From positions 864,001 to 928,000 of the forward strand of contig JBBCJC010000005.1 of the NCBI GenBank assembly GCA_037189525.1: a stretch of DNA of 64,000 nt, read 5' to 3'. The position numbers and the translations under genes were made by a program. Positions 37,541 through 47,898 of the stretch are shown here, piece by piece (position 1 is the stretch's first letter; each line of letters begins with the position of its first letter). The notes under the pieces were generated by a model, which had not been told where the DNA came from, did not search any database, and was given only the letters and a program-made list of their open reading frames with translations. The stretch is from Gemmatimonadales bacterium (lineage in GTDB: Bacteria > Gemmatimonadota > Gemmatimonadetes > Gemmatimonadales > GWC2-71-9).

Positions 37541-37595
37541 GGAGTCGTCGGAGATTTTACGGTTTCGTTACTTCTGACTACTACAGCGGGCACTC

Positions 37596-38696
37596 GTGAC
37601 GTCGACTTCGAAGCGGATTTTACTCGGCGCAGTCCTGGCGGCGGGGGTGACGACCGGAGTGTCGGCGCAGCGATACCCAGCCATCGTTCTGAACGGGCGC
37701 CTACAAACCCAGGGATACGCCTTTTCCGACGACAATCCGGGAGCCTCGAGCAACTTTTTCGTCCGTCGAGCGCGAATCCAAGTCGACGCCAACATCACCG
37801 ATCGCATTAGCCTGGTCATCCAGCCCTCGTTCGAGGGCGGCCGGCCCGGTGGCGTCCGACTCCGCGAGGCCTTCGTCGATCTTCGGCTGACCCGGCCGGA
37901 GTCCAAGACCGGACTCTTCATCCGCACCGGTGGTGAAAAGGTCCCGTTCGGACGATACGAGTTGCTCTCGTCCAACAATCTCCCATCGATCGACCGGAAC
38001 GCGGGACGAGGTCTGGCCCCCACAGGCTCCAACAACCTTTTCGAAACGGCCGGGTTCATCCAGACCGATCTCGGCGCCTCACTCCGACTGGTCCATTCGA
38101 TCGGAACCGGACAGGCTCTCTCGATCAAAGCCGGGATCTACAACGGCGAAGGCGAGAGCCTGAACGACGTCAACGACGCCAAGTCCTTCGGCATCCGCGC
38201 CACCGCGGACCTGACCCGGAAACTCGGCGTGGGCTTCGGATGGTATTCCCACGACGGCGTCGTCACGGTGTCACCCGGAACCACGGACAGCGCCTTCCGG
38301 AACCGGGCCATCGGCCTCGATGCCCAGTGGGGCAAGCCCGGAGACCGGGGACTCTTTGCGGTGGTCGACTATATGTCCGGTGAGGATGATTCGCCCGACC
38401 GGCATCGGTTGCGGGGCTTTTCAGCCGTAACGGCCTATCACGTCCGCTTGGCGACGGGCGGGAGCGTCTATGCGGTCGAACCGGCCCTCCGGTTCGACTG
38501 GGCCGATCCGAACGCCGATGCCTCCCGCGACGGCTCCATCCTCCTCTCGGCCGGGGTCAATCTCTATTTGACGCCACGGGCCCAAATCCGACTGATGTTC
38601 GAACGCCAGAACCCGGAGGCGCCCGGCGCACCGACCATTTCAGGTCTTCGGGGCGCCATGACGATCAATTTTGAAACACCGCCGTTCACCCCGTAG
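37596..38696 (+). CDS. Phosphate-selective porin (OprO/OprP-like)
   Basis: Signal peptide; GRLQ..FFVRRAR, KVPFG; lies between phoR and pstS. Confidence 0.75.
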   Translation: MTSTSKRILLGAVLAAGVTTGVSAQRYPAIVLNGRLQTQGYAFSDDNPGASSNFFVRRARIQVDANITDRISLVIQPSFEGGRPGGVRLREAFVDLRLTRPESKTGLFIRTGGEKVPFGRYELLSSNNLPSIDRNAGRGLAPTGSNNLFETAGFIQTDLGASLRLVHSIGTGQALSIKAGIYNGEGESLNDVNDAKSFGIRATADLTRKLGVGFGWYSHDGVVTVSPGTTDSAFRNRAIGLDAQWGKPGDRGLFAVVDYMSGEDDSPDRHRLRGFSAVTAYHVRLATGGSVYAVEPALRFDWADPNADASRDGSILLSAGVNLYLTPRAQIRLMFERQNPEAPGAPTISGLRGAMTINFETPPFTP

Positions 38697-38720
38697 CAAT
38701 CCCCCAGCCAGATACCCTCT

Positions 38721-38748
38721 GTTGACGTGTTTGTGATCTGATTGTGAC
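38721..38748. promoter_or_regulatory. Three phased Pho-box-like half-sites upstream of pstS
   Basis: GTTGAC, TGTGAT and TGTGAC start at 38721, 38732 and 38743. Confidence 0.65.
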
Positions 38749-38799
38749 CGAGCGCTGGTTAGTTGAAGTGCGGTTTGACTGACCTCGAGCAAGGAGCAC

Positions 38800-39849
38800 A
38801 TGGTGAGGATCGATCGCACGGCAGCGCTGCTCAGCCTGGGAATCGCGTTTGGTGCAGCGGGACCTGCCCAGTGTCAGGCCAATCTGAACGGCGCGGGCGC
38901 CACCTTTCCGAACCCCGTCTACACCCGCTGGTTTCAGGCGTATGCCCAGAAGACCGGCGTCAAGATCAACTACCAATCGATCGGATCGGGCGGCGGCGTC
39001 CGGCAGTTTACGCAAGGTACGATCGACTTCGGTGCGACCGACGGACCGATGACGGATGAGCAGATCGCGGCGGTCAAGGGTAACGTCGCGCACCTGCCGA
39101 CCGTTCTCGGCGCCGTCGTGCTCACCTACAACCTGCCCGGCCTGGGCGCCACGCCGCTCAAGCTCGATGCCCCGACCATCGCCGACATCTTCCTCGGCAA
39201 GATCGCCAAGTGGAACGATCCGCGGATCGCGACGCTCAATCCGGGGATCAAGCTCCCGAACGAAGACCTGATCGTGGTCCATCGCTCGGACGGCTCGGGC
39301 ACGACCTATGTCTTTACCGACTATCTCGCGAAGGTGTCTCCCGACTGGAGGTCTCGCGTCGGCACCTCGACCGCGGTCAACTGGCCGAAGGGTCTGGGCG
39401 GGCGCGGCAACGAAGGGGTGACCCAGCAGGTCAAGCAGCTGCCGGGCGCCATCGGCTACGTCGAACTGGTGTACGCGATGGCCAACAAGCTGCCCCACGC
39501 AATCATCAAGAACAACGCCGGGCAGTTCGTCGATGCGACGCTCGAGTCGGTCACCGCGGCGGCCGCGAGCGCGGCGCTCGCCAAGACCACCGACTTCCGG
39601 GTCTCGATTACCGACCCGAAGGCGGCGACCGCCTACCCGATCGCGTCGTTCACCTGGCTGCTGGTGCATGTCGACAACGCCAACCCGACCAAGGCCAAGC
39701 TGCTTCGCGACTTCACGACCTGGATGCTGACGCCCGAAGCGCAGGGCATGGCCAAGGCGCTCGGCTACGCCCCGCTGCCGGCCGATGTCGTCACGCTGGT
39801 TCGTGAGCGTCTCAAGACTCTCAAGGCCGGCGGCAAGGCCATCGCGTGA
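38800..39849 (+). CDS. pstS: Phosphate ABC transporter substrate-binding protein
   Basis: GAGATFP, NYQSIGSGGG, HRSDGSGTT. Confidence 0.96.
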   Translation: MVRIDRTAALLSLGIAFGAAGPAQCQANLNGAGATFPNPVYTRWFQAYAQKTGVKINYQSIGSGGGVRQFTQGTIDFGATDGPMTDEQIAAVKGNVAHLPTVLGAVVLTYNLPGLGATPLKLDAPTIADIFLGKIAKWNDPRIATLNPGIKLPNEDLIVVHRSDGSGTTYVFTDYLAKVSPDWRSRVGTSTAVNWPKGLGGRGNEGVTQQVKQLPGAIGYVELVYAMANKLPHAIIKNNAGQFVDATLESVTAAAASAALAKTTDFRVSITDPKAATAYPIASFTWLLVHVDNANPTKAKLLRDFTTWMLTPEAQGMAKALGYAPLPADVVTLVRERLKTLKAGGKAIA

Positions 39850-40826
39850 CCATCGGCTCGGACGGCACTCCGGCAGCGCCTGCGGCGACCGGAGTGCCCC
39901 TCGAGGGGCGAAACATCGGGGATACGATTTACCGCGGCGTTCTGACCGCGGCCGCGATAGCCATCCCCACCCTGCTGATGTTCCTGGTCTACGAATTGTG
40001 GATCGGTGCCGAGCTGGCGATCAACCGCTACGGCTTCGACTTCATCACCGGGACGACCTGGGACCCGGTGGCTGAGGAGTTCGGTGCCTTCCCGCTGATC
40101 GTCGGGACACTGGTCTCGGCGGCGCTCGCGCTCACCATCGCGGTCCCGCTCTCGCTCGGGGTCGCGATCTACCTGACGGAGTTCAGCCCGAGTTGGCTCC
40201 GGCAGCCGGTCTCCTTCGTGATCGAACTCCTGGCCGCGATTCCGAGCGTGGTGTACGGTCTCTGGGGCATCTTCGTCCTGATCCCCTTTCTGCGCACGAG
40301 CGTCTTCCCGTTCCTTCGCGACACCCTGGGTTTCCTGCCGTTCTTCCAGGGACCGATCTACGGCAACTCGATGCTCGCGGCCGGGATCATCCTCGCCATC
40401 ATGGTGATGCCCTACATCATGTCGGTGTCGCGCGAAGTGCTGATGGCGGTGCCTTCCAGCCAGCGCGAAGCGGCGCTCGGACTGGGCGCCACCCGCTGGG
40501 AGGCGGCGTGGACCGCCGTGGTGCCGTACGCCCGCTCCGGCATCATCGGCGCGGTGATTCTCGGCCTGGGACGCGCGCTCGGCGAAACGATGGCGGTCAC
40601 GATGCTGATCGGCAACCGGCACGAGATCGTCGCTTCGCTCTTCGCACCGGGGTATACCATGGCGGCAGTCATCGCCAATGAGTTCAGCGAAGCCTCGACC
40701 GACCTGCACTTCTCGGCGCTGACCTACGTCGCGTTCACATTGTTCCTCGTGACCGTTCTGGTCAACGCCGGCGCGCGACTGCTCATCTGGCGCGTTTCCC
40801 GCGGCGCCGGCGGCAGCTCCGCATGA
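39846..40826 (+). CDS. pstC: Phosphate ABC transporter permease
   Basis: ELLAAIPSVVYGLWG and RALGETMAV. Confidence 0.95.
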   Translation: MTIGSDGTPAAPAATGVPLEGRNIGDTIYRGVLTAAAIAIPTLLMFLVYELWIGAELAINRYGFDFITGTTWDPVAEEFGAFPLIVGTLVSAALALTIAVPLSLGVAIYLTEFSPSWLRQPVSFVIELLAAIPSVVYGLWGIFVLIPFLRTSVFPFLRDTLGFLPFFQGPIYGNSMLAAGIILAIMVMPYIMSVSREVLMAVPSSQREAALGLGATRWEAAWTAVVPYARSGIIGAVILGLGRALGETMAVTMLIGNRHEIVASLFAPGYTMAAVIANEFSEASTDLHFSALTYVAFTLFLVTVLVNAGARLLIWRVSRGAGGSSA

Positions 40827-41665
40827 ACCGGCTGATCTGGCGCCGCTGGAAGAGCCGGCTGATGGTCGGCGCGATGATGGGCGCCGTCGTGATTGCGGTC
40901 ACGCCGCTCATCCTGATTCTCGGCACCCTGTTCGCCAAGGGTGCCAGCAGCATCAATCTGGCGTTCTTCACTTCGCTGCCGGCGCCCCCCGGCGAAGCAG
41001 GTGGCGGCGTAGCGCATGCCATCGTCGGCACGCTCCTGATGGTAGCCACCGGCGCCCTGCTCGGCCTTCCGATCGGCGTCGGGGCCGGGATGTATTGCGC
41101 CGAGTATCCCCGAAGCCGGCTGGCAACGGTGAGCCGCTTCGTAGCCGACGTGATGAACGGCACCCCGTCGATCGTCGTGGGTGTCTTCATCTGGACGCTG
41201 ATCGTAGCCAAGCAGAAACACTTCTCCGGATTTGCGGGAAGTGCGGCGCTCGCGATGATCATGATTCCGATGGTGATGCGCACCACGGAAGAGATGATCA
41301 AACTGGTGCCGCATTCGCTCCGTGAAGCGGCGTTGGCGCTGGGGTATCCCTCCTGGCGAACCAGCCTCACGGTCGTGATTCGCACCTGCTTGCCGGGCAT
41401 CGTAACCGGCAGCCTCCTGGCCATTGCCCGGGTGGCCGGCGAAACGGCCCCGCTACTCTTCACCGCCCTCGGCAGTCAGTTCATGAACACCGATCTCGAC
41501 GAACCGATGGCGGCGCTCCCGCTCACCGTCTACACCTATGCAACCGGCCCCTACGAAGAGTGGCACCGGATTGCCTGGGCAACGGCGCTGGTCCTGATCC
41601 TCGTCGTCCTGATCCTGAGCCTGTTGGCGCGGCTCGCAACCCGGCAGCGATTCGATGTCCGATAA
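40823..41665 (+). CDS. pstA: Phosphate ABC transporter permease
   Basis: PSIVVG and [10 protein letters not shown]. Confidence 0.95.
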   Translation: MNRLIWRRWKSRLMVGAMMGAVVIAVTPLILILGTLFAKGASSINLAFFTSLPAPPGEAGGGVAHAIVGTLLMVATGALLGLPIGVGAGMYCAEYPRSRLATVSRFVADVMNGTPSIVVGVFIWTLIVAKQKHFSGFAGSAALAMIMIPMVMRTTEEMIKLVPHSLREAALALGYPSWRTSLTVVIRTCLPGIVTGSLLAIARVAGETAPLLFTALGSQFMNTDLDEPMAALPLTVYTYATGPYEEWHRIAWATALVLILVVLILSLLARLATRQRFDVR

Positions 41666-42419
41666 ACCGGCTCGCCTCTCTGCCGAGTCGCTCACGGCGT
41701 TCTACGGCAATTTTGCCGCGGTGCGCAACGTCAGCCTCGGCTTTCGCGCCAATCAGGTCCATGCGCTGATCGGACCGTCCGGATGCGGCAAGTCCACCTT
41801 CCTCCGGACCCTCAACCGCCTGCACGAAGTCGGCGGCGGCCGAGTCACCGGCACGGTGCGGCTCGACGATCTCGACATCTACGACGGCCGGGTCAGCCTG
41901 ACCCAGCTCCGTCGCCGGGTCGGCATGGTCTTCCAGAAGCCGACGCCGTTCCCGACCATGTCGATCTACCAGAACGTCGCGGCCGGTCTCAAAGTCGGTG
42001 CGCGCCGATCGCGCCAGGAAACCGACGCCGTCGTCGAGAAGGCCCTCCGATATGCCGGTCTCTGGGACGAGGTGAAAGACCGGCTCACCTCGAGCGCGGT
42101 CGCGTTGTCAGGCGGGCAGCAGCAGCGGCTCTGCATTGCCCGGACCGTGGCGCCCGCACCCGACGTGGTACTGCTCGACGAACCGACCTCGTCGCTCGAT
42201 CCGCAGGGCACCCAGCGGATCGAAGAGTTGCTCTTTACCTTGAAAGAGCATTTCACGATCGTGATCGTGACCCACAATATGCAGCAGGCAGCCCGCGTCT
42301 CGGACACGACCAGCTTCTTCTATCTGGGCCAGCTGATCGAATCCGGACCGACCAAACAGCTCTTTACGACGCCCGCGCACGAGCGGACCGAAGCGTACAT
42401 CACGGGACGGTTCGGATGA
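41655..42419 (+). CDS. pstB: Phosphate ABC transporter ATPase, copy 1
   Basis: [29 protein letters not shown]. Confidence 0.95.
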   Translation: MSDKPARLSAESLTAFYGNFAAVRNVSLGFRANQVHALIGPSGCGKSTFLRTLNRLHEVGGGRVTGTVRLDDLDIYDGRVSLTQLRRRVGMVFQKPTPFPTMSIYQNVAAGLKVGARRSRQETDAVVEKALRYAGLWDEVKDRLTSSAVALSGGQQQRLCIARTVAPAPDVVLLDEPTSSLDPQGTQRIEELLFTLKEHFTIVIVTHNMQQAARVSDTTSFFYLGQLIESGPTKQLFTTPAHERTEAYITGRFG

Positions 42420-43195
42420 CGGCCCGGCCGACTCCGACAAGTATGCCGGCCGTTCAAGCGGAAGGGTTCACCTTCAGCTATGGCGACCGCGAAGTGCTCC
42501 ACGGCATTTCGCTCGCCATTCCGGCCCGTTCCGTCACCGCTATCATCGGCCCGTCGGGATGCGGCAAGTCGACGTTCCTGCGGTCGATCAATCGGATGAA
42601 CGATCTGATTCCCGGCGCCCGATACGGCGGCACCATTCGGGTGGGCGACGACGAAGTGGTCGGCGGCAACGTGGATCTGGTCTCGCTGCGTCGCAAGGTC
42701 GGCATGGTATTCCAGCGCCCCAACCCGTTCCCCAAGTCGATCTTCGACAACGTGGCGTACGGGCCCAAGCTGAACGCTCTGGTACGCACATCGGAATTGC
42801 CGGACGTGGTCGAACAGTGCCTGCGCCAGGCGGCGCTCTGGGATGAAGTCAAAGATCGTCTCGACCAGCCGGCACTCGGGCTTTCGGGCGGACAACAGCA
42901 GCGACTCTGCATTGCGCGGGCACTGGGCAACCGTCCCGACGTGCTGCTGATGGACGAACCCTGCTCCGCCCTGGATCCGATCGCGACCCAGCGGATCGAA
43001 GAACTGCTGCTCGAACTTCAGCAGCAATACACCATCGTCATCGTCACCCACAACCTGCAGCAGGCGGCCCGCGTTTCGAGCCGGACCGCCTTCTTCGAGG
43101 CGGGCAACGTAGTGGAGTACGATACGACGAATCACATCTTCACCGCGCCACGTGAGCAGCGGACTGAAGCGTACATTACGGGGAGGTTCGGATGA
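42416..43195 (+). CDS. pstB: Phosphate ABC transporter ATPase, copy 2
   Basis: [37 protein letters not shown] overlap. Confidence 0.95.
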   Translation: MTARPTPTSMPAVQAEGFTFSYGDREVLHGISLAIPARSVTAIIGPSGCGKSTFLRSINRMNDLIPGARYGGTIRVGDDEVVGGNVDLVSLRRKVGMVFQRPNPFPKSIFDNVAYGPKLNALVRTSELPDVVEQCLRQAALWDEVKDRLDQPALGLSGGQQQRLCIARALGNRPDVLLMDEPCSALDPIATQRIEELLLELQQQYTIVIVTHNLQQAARVSSRTAFFEAGNVVEYDTTNHIFTAPREQRTEAYITGRFG

Positions 43196-43878
43196 GCCCG
43201 GACGTTCATCGGCATTTCCACGAAGAGCTGAGTCAGGTCAAAGTGCGCCTGCTGACGCTTTCGGGAGAAGCAGAAGCCGCAGTACAGGGAGCCGTCGAAG
43301 CGCTGCTCGATCGCGACGCCGAGAAGGCCCAACAGGTCATCCAGGGCGATCGGGTCATCGACGCCATGGAAGTGGAGATCGAGGAGCTCTGCCTGAGCCT
43401 GCTCGCTCTGCAGCAGCCGATGGCCCGCGATCTTCGCCTGCTGGTTTCGGCAATTAAGATCGCCAACGATCTGGAGCGCGTCGGCGACCACGCCGTCAAC
43501 ATCGCGCAGACGGCCGAACGCCTGGTGCAAAGCCGCCCCATCACGCCGGAACCGGAAATCATCGAGATGGCCCGTCTTGCGCGCGAAATGCTGTCGGACG
43601 CGCTCGATGCCTTCGTCCGGGGCGACGCCGCGGCGGGCCGGGCCGTCTGCCTCCGCGACGATAAGGTCGACGCCCTGAACCGCTCCACCTTCCGGATTCT
43701 GCTGACCCACATGATGGAGGATCCGCATGCGATCGGCGCGGCCATGAGCCTCTTCCTCGTCTCCCGTAACCTGGAACGTATTGCGGACCTGGCGACCAAT
43801 ATCGGCGAAGAGGTGGTCTTCCTGGTCGAAGGAAAATCGATCAAGCATCACGCAGAAGAGTTCGGCGACAACGGCTGA
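43192..43878 (+). CDS. phoU: Phosphate signalling protein PhoU
   Basis: [29 protein letters not shown]. Confidence 0.95.
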   Translation: MSPDVHRHFHEELSQVKVRLLTLSGEAEAAVQGAVEALLDRDAEKAQQVIQGDRVIDAMEVEIEELCLSLLALQQPMARDLRLLVSAIKIANDLERVGDHAVNIAQTAERLVQSRPITPEPEIIEMARLAREMLSDALDAFVRGDAAAGRAVCLRDDKVDALNRSTFRILLTHMMEDPHAIGAAMSLFLVSRNLERIADLATNIGEEVVFLVEGKSIKHHAEEFGDNG

Positions 43879-43977
43879 CCCCGGGGCCGCGTTCGTGACG
43901 CGGCCGTGGGCAATCCGCGACGCCCTGCCCCGTTTCCCCACTGGCGAGGCAGCCGCTTTATCAGGTAACCTTCCCTC

Positions 43978-45561
43978 GTGACCGTCATTTCCAGCGCCTC
44001 GACGCGAGGACGATCCCCCGCCGGCGAACCGAAGACCGAGCGGATTGCCGCGATCGACGTCGGGTCGAACTCGATCCGCCTGTCGATCGCGGAGTACGAT
44101 CGGAACCGTGGCCTCCGCATCCTGGACGAGGTCAAGGACCAACCGCGGCTGGCATCCGGCATCGCCAGCACGGGTGCGCTGGACCCCGAAGCCATGGATG
44201 CCGCGGTTGCCGCGCTCAAGCGCATGCGCGAGATCGCCGATCGCCGCGGCGTGACCCGGATTCGCGCTGTGGCGACGTCCGCGGTTCGCGAGGCCGAGAA
44301 TGGCCGGCTCTTCGCCAAACGGGTCCGCCGCGAAACCGGCCTCACACTCGAGGTGATCGACGGCGACGCCGAAGCCACCCTGTCCTACCGATCAGTCGCG
44401 CATCACTTCTCGCTGGCCGGAACCCGGACCCTGATTGCCGACATCGGCGGCGGAAGCCTCGAACTGATCGGCGTCGTCAACGGTTTGGTCGAGATGACCG
44501 ATTCACTGCCGCTCGGCGCGGTCCGCCTGACCGAGGCGTGGTTGGACGGCGCCCGGCCCGCGACGCGCGCGGTCAGCGATCTGCGGCGCTGGGTCCGCAA
44601 ACGGCTCAAGCGCGCCGTCTCCGGACGGGACTGGAATGCGGCTGCCGTCATCGGGTCGGGCGGAACCTTCACCAACCTGGGCCGGATGATCCGGGCCCGA
44701 CGCGGCTTCGACATCGGCGATGCGGTGCACGGCGAGACGGTCGCCACCGGCGAAATCGAGCAACTGCTCGAATGGCTAACGACCAAAACCTCGGCCGAGC
44801 GCGCCGCCATTCCCGGCCTCAATCCGCAGCGAGCGGACATCATTCTCGCCGGGCTGGCCGTGACCGCCGAGTTGCTCGACCTGACCGGCTCACCGAGCCT
44901 GACGGTCAGCGCCTATGGTTTACGCGAAGGGATCCTGCTCGACATGGTCGGCGATGATCGCGCCCTGACGGTCGATCCGCTTCGGGCCATGCGGGAATTC
45001 GTCGACCGTTGCCAGGGCGACCGCCGGCACGTCGAACAGGTCCGCATCCTGGCCCTGACCCTGTTCGACCGGTTGCAGGACGCGCTCGGCGCGGACTCCT
45101 CCGAGCGCTCGCTGCTCGAAGCGGCCAGCCTGCTGCACGACGTGGGACAGGTGGTGAGCTACCGGCAGCATCACAAGCACAGCTTCCAGCTGATCGTCCA
45201 CGCCGACCGGCTGTCCTTCAACGCGCGCGATCGATTGCTGGTGGCGCTGATCAGTCGGTACCATCGGAAGAAGGGGCCGAGCAAGAAGCACCCGGAGTTC
45301 GCGCGGCTCTCAGAGGCCGATCGCGCCGTCGTCAGGCGTCTGTCCGGTATCCTGCGGATCGCGGATGGCCTCGACCGTGGTCACGCCGCGGTGGTCGACC
45401 AGGTGACCACGCGACTCACCCACGACCAGCTTTTCATTCGGGTGACGCCCAAACGTCTCGGCGCCGACCTGGCGCTCGAAGTCTGGGGTGCATCGCGCAA
45501 AGCAGATGTGCTGGAAGACGTCCTCGACCGTAAGATTCGGATCGCCGTCGCCTCCCCCTGA
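43978..45561 (+). CDS. ppx: Exopolyphosphatase Ppx/GppA with HD domain
   Basis: AAIDVGSNSIR, ATSAVREA, DIGGGSLE, LLHDVG. Confidence 0.92.
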   Translation: MTVISSASTRGRSPAGEPKTERIAAIDVGSNSIRLSIAEYDRNRGLRILDEVKDQPRLASGIASTGALDPEAMDAAVAALKRMREIADRRGVTRIRAVATSAVREAENGRLFAKRVRRETGLTLEVIDGDAEATLSYRSVAHHFSLAGTRTLIADIGGGSLELIGVVNGLVEMTDSLPLGAVRLTEAWLDGARPATRAVSDLRRWVRKRLKRAVSGRDWNAAAVIGSGGTFTNLGRMIRARRGFDIGDAVHGETVATGEIEQLLEWLTTKTSAERAAIPGLNPQRADIILAGLAVTAELLDLTGSPSLTVSAYGLREGILLDMVGDDRALTVDPLRAMREFVDRCQGDRRHVEQVRILALTLFDRLQDALGADSSERSLLEAASLLHDVGQVVSYRQHHKHSFQLIVHADRLSFNARDRLLVALISRYHRKKGPSKKHPEFARLSEADRAVVRRLSGILRIADGLDRGHAAVVDQVTTRLTHDQLFIRVTPKRLGADLALEVWGASRKADVLEDVLDRKIRIAVASP

Positions 45562-45731
45562 GAATCGCCGGACCTTCAACTCAAGCACCCAGCGGGAGTG
45601 TCATCGAGGATTTGGTATCCGAGCGCGGTGGCAGCCCTCCTGACGTGGTCGGGGCATGAGGCAGGTTGCTCCGTACCAAACAGAGAGCCGCCTGCCTACA
45701 CCGCGATCAGGGAAATCGGCTCGGCGGAGAT

Positions 45732-46727
45732 TCAGCCGAGGAGGAACCCTTCGTGGAGCGGGTCGTCCCCGCCGAGGACGAACTGATGGAAGCCGGTGAT
45801 GTACGCCGTCCCGACGATCTCGGGTCGTCCAGCCGGATATCCGTCGACCGTAGTATCCTCGAGCACTCGCGCCGCAAACCGTGTTCCGATCACCCCTTCG
45901 ATCGTGATCGACTCCCTAATACCGATGCCATCGCGCGCGCGAAGCAACACGGCCAGCGCGCCGCAACCGGCGCCGCAGGGCGAGCGATCCACCGACCCCG
46001 TTCGCCCGACGATCACGTCCCGAACCTGGCGCTCGCCGGTGCGCTGGTAGAAGAGAGCGAGGGCGAACGGTCCGGGGACAGAACGGTCGGGGTGGCCGGT
46101 TGAAAAATCGCGGTTCGCCGCGGTAAGCACCTGTTGCCCCAGTGCGATCAGCTCGGGCAATCGCTCTCGGCCGAGGTCGAGACCATTTCGGGCCGCGTCG
46201 ATCAGCACGAAGAAAACACCGGAGAACACCAGGTCGACCGTGAGCTGGTGGCCGGACACCTCGAGCCGGGCGTCCAGTTGCTGAATGAATGCCGGCTGCG
46301 TCTTGAGTGCGATTGCCGAGCCGTGGTCTTCCCGCCGGGGCTCGAGCACAACCATGCCGCTCGGTGTTTCGAACCGGAGCTCGCGACGAGAGTCGGTAAG
46401 GGAGAGTGCCCCGGTTTCGAGCAGTGCGACTGCGGCGCCGATCGAGCTATGCACGCAGGTCGGGAGATAACCGCCCGCCGTCGGAAAAAAGATGCCGAGA
46501 TCGGCGGTCGGGTCGGTTGCAGGGGTCACGACCGCGCCGTACATGTCGCGGTGGCCCCGCGGCTCGTTCAAGAGAAGCCTGCGGATCGGATCGAGGTGAT
46601 CCTTGAACCAGTCGAACTTCTCTCGTACGGATGCGCCGACGAGAGCGGGAAGGCCCGACGTAATGATCCGAGTCGGGCCGCCTGCGGTATGCGTGTCGAT
46701 GGTGGTAAAGACGCGACGGATATCCAT
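45732..46727 (-). CDS. Proline racemase family protein
   Basis: IDTHTAG, EPRGH, PTCVHS, DRSPCGAG. Confidence 0.88.
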   Translation of the reverse strand: MDIRRVFTTIDTHTAGGPTRIITSGLPALVGASVREKFDWFKDHLDPIRRLLLNEPRGHRDMYGAVVTPATDPTADLGIFFPTAGGYLPTCVHSSIGAAVALLETGALSLTDSRRELRFETPSGMVVLEPRREDHGSAIALKTQPAFIQQLDARLEVSGHQLTVDLVFSGVFFVLIDAARNGLDLGRERLPELIALGQQVLTAANRDFSTGHPDRSVPGPFALALFYQRTGERQVRDVIVGRTGSVDRSPCGAGCGALAVLLRARDGIGIRESITIEGVIGTRFAARVLEDTTVDGYPAGRPEIVGTAYITGFHQFVLGGDDPLHEGFLLG

Positions 46728-46729
46728 CG

Positions 46730-47524
46730 TCACATCCGAGCGGTTTGCGCCCCGTCCACGATGAGTTCCTGGCCAGTAATGTATTTGGATTGATCCGAAG
46801 CCAGGAAGAGCGCCAGGTTGGCGACGTCCCACGGCTCACCTTGCTTGCCGGTGGGACAGAGGGAGTCGCGGTAGTCGGTCATCTTCGCGATGTTGCCGCC
46901 GTAGGCTTCTGTGAGCGACGCCCGGACGAAGGGCGTGTTCATCATCCCCGGAAGAATGGCGTTGACGCGGACGCCGCGTTTGGCATACTCCACCGCGACT
47001 TCGCGACTGAAGGCGTTCACTCCGGCTTTCGACACGCCGTAGGCGAGAGAAAGGGCGGGCAAGGTTCGAATCGAGTTGATCGAAGAGACGTTGATCACAC
47101 TTCCGCCGCCGCGGGCCACGATATGCGGGATCGCAGCTTTACACATGAGGAAGATGCTCGTCAGGTTGACCGAGAGCGTGCGATTCCATTCGTCCTCGGT
47201 AGCAGTTTCGAGCCCGCCGGCGATCTCGATCCCGACGTTGTTATGCAGGATATCGAGTCCGCCGTAGGTCGCGACACATGACTCCACGATCCGACTGCAG
47301 TCACCGGCTCGGCTCACATCGCCCGCGATGGCGTAGCTGGTCCCCCCTTCGCCTTCGATGATGCGACGGGTGTCTTCAGCAGCCTCGAGGTTCCGGTCCA
47401 CCAGCACGACGCGGGCGCCTTCCCGAGCAAACACGATGGCGGTGGCTTTGCCGTTGCCAATGCCCTCCCCAACCGAACCCGCGCCGGTCACGATTGCAAC
47501 TTTCCCGGCCAACAATCCACTCAT
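46730..47524 (-). CDS. SDR family oxidoreductase
   Basis: TGAGS..GIGNG, NNVG, YGVSK. Confidence 0.92.
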   Translation of the reverse strand: MSGLLAGKVAIVTGAGSVGEGIGNGKATAIVFAREGARVVLVDRNLEAAEDTRRIIEGEGGTSYAIAGDVSRAGDCSRIVESCVATYGGLDILHNNVGIEIAGGLETATEDEWNRTLSVNLTSIFLMCKAAIPHIVARGGGSVINVSSINSIRTLPALSLAYGVSKAGVNAFSREVAVEYAKRGVRVNAILPGMMNTPFVRASLTEAYGGNIAKMTDYRDSLCPTGKQGEPWDVANLALFLASDQSKYITGQELIVDGAQTARM

Positions 47525-47850
47525 CCGCGCTCCAATACGTTGGTGTAGATTTCTTATTCAGTCGGATACCAGACCGGCGGGCGCCACCAGGTCCCCGATA
47601 CGCCCCAGCCAGCCCCCGAAGAATCGCTCCTCGACGCACATCGCTGCCATACCCAAACCCGGAAACTCGTCAACGGCACCGCTACCGCAACCGTTCCCGC
47701 CGTATTTTGCGGCGTCTCGGCACCGCAAAACTGGTAGTGCGCTGAGTGGCGTGGGAAAGACGTTAGGTCAGGCCCCGAAATCAAGCCGCAGGATTCCGAG
47801 CGCCGCCTGCACGATCCAAGGCGGCAGAGTCACCGCTGGATGGCCTGCGA

Positions 47851-47887
47851 AAAACAGGCCCGCACGGCGTTGGTCCGCCGGCGGGCC
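47851..47887 (-). terminator. Rho-independent terminator after the S9 peptidase
   Basis: Minus strand GGCCCGCCGGCG...CGCCGTGCGGGCC followed by TGTTTT. Confidence 0.6.
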
Positions 47888-47898
47888 CATCAACCTCT

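Noticed and set aside
47676..47730. TTTTGCGG..CCGCAAAA hairpin upstream of the SDR as a riboswitch
   Set aside because: A single hairpin with no recognisable aptamer; could be a terminator or operator, but evidence is insufficient.
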